Positions 55,270 through 64,000 of a stretch of 64,000 bases of DNA are shown one piece after another (position 1 is the stretch's first letter; every line of letters starts with the position of its first letter). The notes beneath the pieces are model-generated. The model searched no databases. It worked only from the letters and a program-made list of their open reading frames with translations, and had not been told where the DNA came from. The translations under genes were made by a program, and so were the position numbers. Where the stretch lies: positions 368,962,001 to 369,026,000 of the forward strand of contig OZ024740.1 of assembly GCA_964016885.1 (NCBI GenBank), in the 5' to 3' direction. The DNA comes from Eledone cirrhosa. Its lineage: Eukaryota.

Positions 55270-57397
55270 TATATACGGTGGCTGCCAACTCGTTTTCGAG
55301 TACGGACACTACTTTATATCCATGTAGGAGAACTCCTACAGATGCGCTGAACCAATGTGACTTTAGTTCCAGCCAGCGACTTGAAAACTCTGGTACAAAC
55401 ACTACACCTGTGACAATTATTAACACATAGTGCTAGGCCCATGGTACCATGTGACGACAAGTGCAGAGAGATCTCCAGATATAAAGCAATGCCTGTGCCG
55501 TGAAGCTTTTATAGTGAGCAAAGGCACTGCATAAAGCCAGTCCCACTCTCTCAACCAAGATATTTACCAAAAAGAAGAACAAGTCAACATCATTGGATAC
55601 CATCAGAGTTGCAGGTGTTATATCAGAGTTTTCCTTCTCCTAGAATTCTACCTTGACAAAGGCTAAGAGGTCATCTCTCCCAGTGATTTTGGATGGCCAT
55701 TGACTCTTAAGAGCTCCTTTGCCCTTTCACAGGTTTTGTTTTTAGTCCTGCAGGATGACTAAAGTCACCCTCCTCACCAAGAAACCTTGGTGGGACTGCC
55801 TGTTTAGTCGCCAATGACCCAACCATGAGACAGGTTGTACTGTGATACATGTTACCAGTAGCACCAACTGGTGACCTGACATAAAATATATATATATATA
55901 TATATATATATAGCCAGTGAGTGCCAATATAGTTAATTAAAGAATTGCCTCTCTGTTTAGTATTAGATTATATGAGACATTACAACATAACAAGAGTAGA
56001 TACAATTTTAACTTTTATGAAGTCACTCGATTGGCTAGAACTTGCAACCAACTCCACCACAAATTATACTCTGGCGTCATAAAATATAAAATCCTTGATT
56101 TGGAAATTGGAATCTTAAATACATTATGGGTGAAAATAAAAGCCTCATGGTCATAGGGAAAAATAAATGGAATATTCCGTGGTCTGAATTACACCAATAG
56201 AGAAAGCAAACAAAAAGCATTTTTGTATTACTTATCATGGTTGGAAATTGTGCCCACTAACTGAAAAGAAATACCACAACCACCCAGAAGAAATTTTGGG
56301 CGGGATTCATATCATCAATGGCACATTAGCTGTTAATGTTCCTTCTTATCTTATTAATCACTAGCATCTTCAAAAATGGAATTAAATTATATTTAAACCA
56401 TGAGATGAAACTCTTAGCCTAACAAGCAAAAATAATCTATTTTACTTATGAGTATCCAACATCCCTTATTTGTGATCGCAGACTGGTAGTATATGTAATG
56501 CACCCCATTGTTTAATATAAATAGAAGGAAGAATCGAAATCGAAATTATAATGTTTCTGTCGATGCATTAAGTGGAATATTGTGAGTTATTGATTTAGTA
56601 GTTTCAATCGTCTGCGGTGGTCTCAAATGGGAGGATGAATGCTGGTATATATTTACAATGTTTAAATATGGTAAGAATATCAAGCATCTTTCAAACGATT
56701 ATTGAAAATATATTTCAGCACATGCTTGCTAACATCATAGACACCAATAATGATAAAACACAGCATACATAGAAAATGAAAAAAAAAATTGAAATGCAAG
56801 ATTTACATATCAATGTTGAGCAGACGTGCTCATTTAGTGAGTGCAATGGCTACTGCTGTCGTTATTTCTCCTCTTGCAGTTATGCAATTATATTGCCTCG
56901 AAGGAAAAAAGAGACCTGATCCGATTAAGTATAAAAATAGTTTATTCGATTCAGGGCTATGTTGAATAAGATGGTGTGTTTTTTACGTGTGTAACGTATG
57001 CAGGAATATTATAAGCATATATTACCTGCAACAAATGAATGTAAAGCACTATCATAAAATGTAGAAAAAAATAAGTGTTGCGCTTAGTCTATGTCGAAAA
57101 TAGTAAATAATTTGTCTCATTATGTTTTTAGATATTTATAGACAGAAAAGAACTAATTCAACTCAAACAATACGAAAAGAATTTCCAAAACACAAACTTC
57201 TTCCATTTTTTGAATGAGTATAAATTGATCACTTCGTATTATCTTTTGCATCATTATATTTGTTAAAAAAGATATGGAATGTAGGATTGTTTCTGGTGCA
57301 TGAAGAGAAAGAAACATAGACAGCAAAAAATCCATACACCATTATGCTGCACAAATATAAGAAGCTGAGAGATTGATATATCGATTGGATTCGCGAT

Positions 57398-57453
<56 letters not shown>

Positions 57454-57677
57454 GAGAGATAGAGAGAGACGGAGGGAAGGAATGAGAGAGACATGCATAT
57501 TTACATAAAGAAAAGCGCATGTGCATTCGCGAATATATATAAGCAATCGTATATAATCGCTTCTAAACAAACAATCAGATATAGAATACATATATGTGTG
57601 CAAAGGAAACCTTACATAACATGCCACCCAATGTAAACCACAAACGCACGTACATATATATATATATACTCACACGC

Positions 57678-57714
<37 letters not shown>

Positions 57715-57733
57715 GTATATACATATATATATT

Positions 57734-57769
<36 letters not shown>

Positions 57770-57945
57770 CAATATTCAATACTTAAACAAAGAAAGCCTT
57801 AAGCGATACTCTGACCAACTCCATCTCACTCAACAAACATTAGGATATACCTAAGTATTTTCCCAATTTAGTTTTTGGGGTGCTAACTAATCAGTATTTC
57901 GAGGATAGCTGGTTGTATTATTTTAAATAAGACATTATTAAATAA

Positions 57946-58134
57946 ATAATTGTGTCTACTTTAGGCACAATGCCAGCAATAACCCAGTGCATTACTGGTA
58001 CTTTATTTTATCGAGCCCGTAAGAATGAACGGCAAAGTCAACCTCGGCGGGATTTGAACTCAGATCATAAAGGGACGTAACTATGCTGGAAAGCATGGCG
58101 TCCGACCCTCTACCGATACTGCCAATCCACCGCC
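57946..58134 (-). mobile_element. tRNA-derived SINE with 16-bp TSD
   Basis: Family match; attattaaataaataa on both sides. Confidence 0.9.
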
Positions 58135-58157
58135 ATTATTAAATAAATAATATATGT

Positions 58158-58235
58158 ATTTATTAAAATAACAGATTAAAGTTTAAGAGACAAGAATCGC
58201 TGCCTTCACACTTAACGGGATCTTCTGAAGCTAAA
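58158..58235 (-). ncRNA. Family K hammerhead remnant
   Basis: CAGAAGA core retained; GAAA decayed to GAAG. Confidence 0.55.
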
Positions 58236-58287
58236 TTATATTTACTCACACGCACACACAGACACGTACATACACACACACCCACCT

Positions 58288-58363
<76 letters not shown>

Positions 58364-59184
58364 ATCAGCAAACAGCGAAAGACGCCTTCCGGACTTGTCC
58401 GACAGAAAACCTTATCCCCCACCCCGGAAAAAAAACCCAGTTGATGGATGTGAATCCGAAATATATAGGGACTATTAAATCTCTCCCAAGGTAACTCTCT
58501 CTTGTGTTGTTATTTTTATTTTTATCCTTTTACTCTTCCCTCCATTCTACACATCTCACACATCTTATACACACCACGCATCTCAACGTACACCCACTTA
58601 CATCTCTATCTCCACCACCGGACCTTGTTACCCGGAGATTTACCCATTTGCATTGTCGAGGCTTCCAAACGACTTATAGATATATATAGATATATATATA
58701 CTTCTTCATTTGATTTATAATACACTTCTTTATGGTAAAGTCAACATTTGGCCATATCGAACTACTTTTTCTAGTAGCACGTAGCCTACCTATTTCCACC
58801 TTTACTACCCTCCTGATGGTCACTTGTCACCTGATAGTTCTTCCATTCGAAATGTTCACTCATAGCAAAGAATTTTCGTTCTGTACCGCGAAAGTCTCAA
58901 TGATTTGAGATTTCTAACTATATTCTACTCGGAGTATCGTTAATTTCTTAATGAAACTGCAGTATGGACATTAAAGTGAGTAAGTAAAGATTTTGTCTTA
59001 TCTTGTTTGCTTTTCCCATACATGATTTTATTAAGCTCTGAATGGGTTGATTTTGTTAATTCCTTCATAGAGCCAAAATTAGTATCGGTTTGACGCCTTT
59101 GTTTGTATCTATATTTGTATCTATGCTTGTGTATATATATATACACCTTCATTTAATTTATATATAAATACATACACACACCCC

Positions 59185-59248
<64 letters not shown>

Positions 59249-59280
59249 TACGGAAATTAAATTAAATTAATTACATGTTA

Positions 59281-59319
<39 letters not shown>

Positions 59320-59322
<3 letters not shown>

Positions 59323-59770
59323 TTAAAATAACAGATTAAAGTTTAAGCAAAGAATCGCTGCTTTCACCCTTAACGGGATCTTCTGAAACTAACAAAATCA
59401 ATCTGTAAACATTAGTATACGACTTCGTTCATACCATAATCGTGGTCCTGTCTTTGCGTGTAATTGTTTTTCACCTCTCCTATTAATGACGTAGTATATT
59501 CGTTTTTCCTGTTCTTTGCCAGGGAACGTTTCCACGAACCAAAGTATCGTCTTCCTGTTTTCCTCCGGTTGCCACGTTTTTTGAAATATCCACTTCTGCG
59601 TTTACAGTTGGACTTTGTTAGTTTCAGAAGATCCCGTTAAGGTTGAAGGCAGCTATTCTTTGCTTAAACTTTAATCTGTTATTTTAATAAATATTTGCTC
59701 TACGGTTCTTATATATTTGATATATATTTATCCTTATCGAGCCCTCTTTGCATTTTAGTCTTCAAATTTA
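59320..59770. mobile_element. Palindromic element, family K; hammerheads at 59332-59405 (-) and 59605-59678 (+), plus tail
   Basis: cagattga..agttt CAGAAGA tccc gttaa gggt GAAA gca gcgattctt tgc TT aaact ttaatctg; TA-flanked. Confidence 0.78.
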
Positions 59771-59777
59771 TTATTAT

Positions 59778-59825
<48 letters not shown>

Positions 59826-60972
59826 GGATACTATTTTTAGTTATGTATATTTTAAACTATAAACAGGGATGATCAGTAATTTATTACTACCTTATTACCA
59901 GTAAGATAAATAGATCAACGTAAGAACACCAGTTATTCTACCAGGCAGGTATATAGAATTCACAAGAATCAAAACTATGTTCAAAACATTTATTCACTTA
60001 CAATTGTTTCTTCGAAACCTGGGCTTGGAGTCTTCGGAGCAATGTTTAATAGTTGTACATATAATAGACTTCCCAGTCAACGCAAGAGATATACAGATAC
60101 ATATATATATATATATATTGATGTACAGTGTGGAGCGACATATGTTATACTATAGTATACTATAGTATTATACTATTTGTATAGTAATTCAAATTAAAAT
60201 CAAAGTTAAAATACAAGCGACAGATAACACAGATAATGCAGGTGAATAGTTCAATAATCATATCTAGTAGATTGTGTATGCGTTAGTCATACATGGAGCA
60301 TGCATGTGTGTCCCATTTATATAAGAGTATTGTGTGGCAAGGTATGGCATGTAATACAAGCACCTTAAGCGGGTAAGCAAGAGTATTATGGTGGTTGCAG
60401 TGTGTGCGTGTGTTATCAAATTCACTCTAAATACAGTCTACTCTCAAAACATATTAAAGGTCCAATTAGATTGGTGTTTGCATAACCTTAGGCAAGCTAA
60501 GGAACAGCGTACGGCTGTTTGCGTGATAAAATTAGATACATCTTTTGAGTAAACAAATGTATCCCCCATATACAATGTCATTAATCTATCCATTTAGTTA
60601 TAAATGCATATATAATTCATATATAATTCATTGTTCCATATTGCATATAAGTTAGTCAAATCCCTTATGTTAATAAATTAATCCTATATATACCCTATGT
60701 TATTACTCTATACATTTAATTACAAGTGCATATATAATTCATTGTTGTATCTAATATTTAAAGTTTATATAAACTGTATCATATTTCAATCCCTATATAA
60801 TTATAAGTAATCAAAAGTAATTATATTAAAGGGTGGTGATTATAGGGATATTTCCAGTTTCTAAAGTTATAGATAGAATTATTTGTGTAGAGCAAATAGT
60901 GTGGTGTAGTGGTGGAAGGGACGTCCTTGAGATGCAGTGCTAAAAGTGGTGATGAGTTCAAATCTGACATTG

Positions 60973-61410
60973 TTATATACTAGGTTTAAAGTGTTGGAAA
61001 GAGTGTCGGAAGCGGTGTTGGCACGACGCAAACACCTCCGGTTTTTTATTAAGGAGGTTAAGATTCGAAAAGATTATAGTATGGGTGTCTAGTAGACATA
61101 GGTTACAGAATTTATGAGGTGGTTTATACGATGCAGCCCTACCTACAACCTCCCATTGAAGTCTATATGATCTATTCCTAGTTTTCAGATAGTGTATGTA
61201 GCAAGATAGTGAAGTGGAGTTGGCTAGATTGTGTCTTTTGAAAGAATGGAGATGTGAGTTGTATCTCGTTTTGAAGCAGTTCGAAGTAGAGCCTATATAT
61301 GTTTCAGAAGAATTGCTAGTTCTCACCGTGCATGAGTAAATAAATGTCCTTGATTAAGCAGTTTTTACCCAAAGGGCTGGTTCTATTAGATCTACAGTTA
61401 CATTTATTTT
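60973..61410 (-). pseudogene. Penelope-like GIY-YIG endonuclease (same type as 48119-48416), 5'-truncated
   Basis: CNCRSNRTSPLGKNCL..YSCTV..TYIGSTSNCFKTRYNSH..STSLSCYI..CNLCLLD..LLNKKPEVFASCQHR, with one frameshift. Confidence 0.88.
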
Positions 61411-62972
61411 GGATGTTATCCTGTCGGATATTATGTTGTGTAGAAGTCTGGTTGCTAGGTATTGCATTAGGGCCATGAGGGTAGTCGTACCTAATGCTAT
61501 TGATTTCATTAGTGTTATTACTATTAATTACTATTGATATCAGGGTTTGAAGTTATTATGTTGTTTTGAAAGTTTACCCCCTGCTGTGTTTTAGTTTGTT
61601 GAAGTAGAGAGAGGACTTTGTTTCATGCTGACATCCCTAAGTTGAAAAGTGTACTTGGTTCCAACTATCGACAAGTGGATAAAGGCATGGATGTATGGAA
61701 AATCTTATAGACACATCAGCAACGTTTACGCAAGTAAACATTAATTAATTTACCTACACAGATGAGCATACAAACATATAAAATAATATGAATCAACTCA
61801 ATATGAATAAATTAAAGCGAGATAAACATTATGTTCGACATTTAAACAAACACGAAACCACCTAATTATTATTGTTATTGGTAGAAGATTCACTAGCTAA
61901 TTTACACGTAAAAACATGTCTGCTTTGATTGTATCATAATAAATTAATCCATTAATAGCAATCGGATATAAATATATTAGCTGCACACATAATCTCTTGC
62001 CATTTGATTACAAGAAAACATGTTAGAAAACAGTATGTATTTATCTCCTTTATCGTTATCTCAATATGGGTAAAAGTATTTTAAGTTCAATTAATCAACT
62101 GTTACCGTCCAACAGTTTATTACAGGAAACTATGACATAGAGATAATTTGAATATACGCCATAAGTGCTCTATTGAAGGCGGCACATTGTTAGAAAACTG
62201 AGCATCAATCACACAAACATATATACATATATACCGACAGACATACAGAGAGAAAAATCAACAAGTTACACTTTAGGTTTATGATTAGATTGGTAAATAA
62301 TCATTGCCTCGTTTAATTTAGTAACCTATTGGCTGTATAATTGATAGAACACTTGCATCACACTTTTTGTGACATTCGCCATGACTATTTATGCTCCACT
62401 TTTTCTCAGGCTCATGCGCAGACCACATACACGCAACGAAATGATAATATCGTGTAAATGGAATAGCATCAAAATAAAGAGAAGAGAAAGAGAAGCAGCA
62501 ATAGTCAATAGCAGTGTCACAGATTGTGTGACGAAAGAGTTTGGTGATGTAACAAACATCTGATTGTTTAACTAACCCATTAATGGAGGAGCTACATACC
62601 TAATATTAACGCAGTTTCACATCGCGTGTCTCGCAAAATAATAACAAATACGCAGTATGTTTGGCTTGACATTTCTTGAACTGTATACATCTATATATAG
62701 ATAGGCATGAAAATGGACAGCAAATGCATACGAAATCTTTTGCAGCTTATAATTATTTGTGTGTATGAATATTTTGACTTAGAATTGTATTACTTTAAAT
62801 TTCACAGAAGCGAAAAGGTGATAATATGCACTCCAGTGAACATGGATTGTATGTATACAATTATAAAACAACAAATATTCGTAATTTCTATAAAGGTGTT
62901 GTGTATTCGTTTCTTTCGTTTGTGCAACAATACATACATACCCCCTCCACATTTATATATGGAAGGGGTATG

Positions 62973-63042
<70 letters not shown>

Positions 63043-64000
63043 TGTGTTTGTGTGATTGAGTGTGGCTGGATGTATGGATGTATGCATACATACGTATGAA
63101 GATATTTTTCAAATGTGAAGAAGCTAATCGCCTTTATACCATTTCTTTTTTACAGCTAATACTCTACAATAGAAGATAATCTCTTCCTACAATGTAAGCA
63201 TAACATTTCTGTGTTGCAAATTCTTTAACAATATCGAGGCGAAATCACGGTATTGATTTATTCTTCGTGTTACGTTTCAATAGAAATCCTTTACTCTCCT
63301 ATCCCCTACAGATAACGGAAAAATATTACCACTAACTTCCATTCTTCTTTTTCTACTTGTTTTTTTTTTGGGGGGGGGGGGGGCTTATGCTTTTAGTCTT
63401 AGGTCAGTACTGATTTAAAAGACCTATACTCGAATGAGTTGTTGTATGATTGTATAATATAAACTGCATTTTCTTATACCTCCCCCTTTATAAATTGCAA
63501 TAATGTGTCAGGTACGGAAGATTTGGTTGGTTTTGAAAGAGGTCGAACAGCCACAAAGTGGCTCGGTGGTGGATTGTGATAAAGGATTAACCTATTTTTC
63601 GTAGGTTTCACAATATGCGCACATTATCGGTATGTTTTTTTCGGATGGTGATCAGCAATCACTGTGTTATTTTTCTATTAGAATTGAGCTTAATTATTGT
63701 ATCAGTGGTAAACACTTTTGCATATTTGCTTTGATTCACTTGGGGCTACAGCATGAGCAGACGCACTAGCAGTTCAACGAATTGTAAACACATACACATT
63801 ATAATGATATGATCCAAATAAAAAATGAATGTCATCTGTCCTCAAATCGGAAATTTCTCAATATTGTACCACTGTTAAAATATAAGCATGGGACACCATA
63901 TTTGACCAATGTTAACTAGGACTAGAATCTCCATTTGTCTCCCGATTAAAGACATTAACATGTTTTGAGGAACATTTCGTTATTAATATTGCCAAATAGA

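Noticed and set aside
58370-58940. Possible PLE 3' end with a GAAA-gtctcaa..ttgagat hairpin
   Set aside because: No matching CUGANGA core or stem I and no clear endonuclease motif.

Overview
Very AT-rich eukaryotic (animal) intergenic or intronic DNA packed with (TA)n, (CA)n and triplet microsatellites. The tRNA-derived SINE and repeat landscape suggest an octopod cephalopod (inference). No intact host gene was found. Recognisable coding relics are several Penelope-like retroelements (RT and GIY-YIG), a CRE-type RLE LINE, RTE, R4/Dong and CR1-like LINE fragments, a Helitron helicase C-terminus and an intronless frameshifted UPF0047/YjbQ retrocopy. The main hidden signal is RNA structure: about 30 complete or partial type I hammerhead ribozyme (HHR) motifs in a dozen or so sequence families. 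They sit in short non-coding elements inserted in TA repeats, arranged either as inverted palindromes or as LTR-like direct repeats (retrozyme-like). They include a ~190-nt hammerhead with both stems II and III greatly expanded, two families with the compensated U3-A8 core, and a family with a fixed U4A core. All ribozyme calls were folded by eye and have not been tested for activity.
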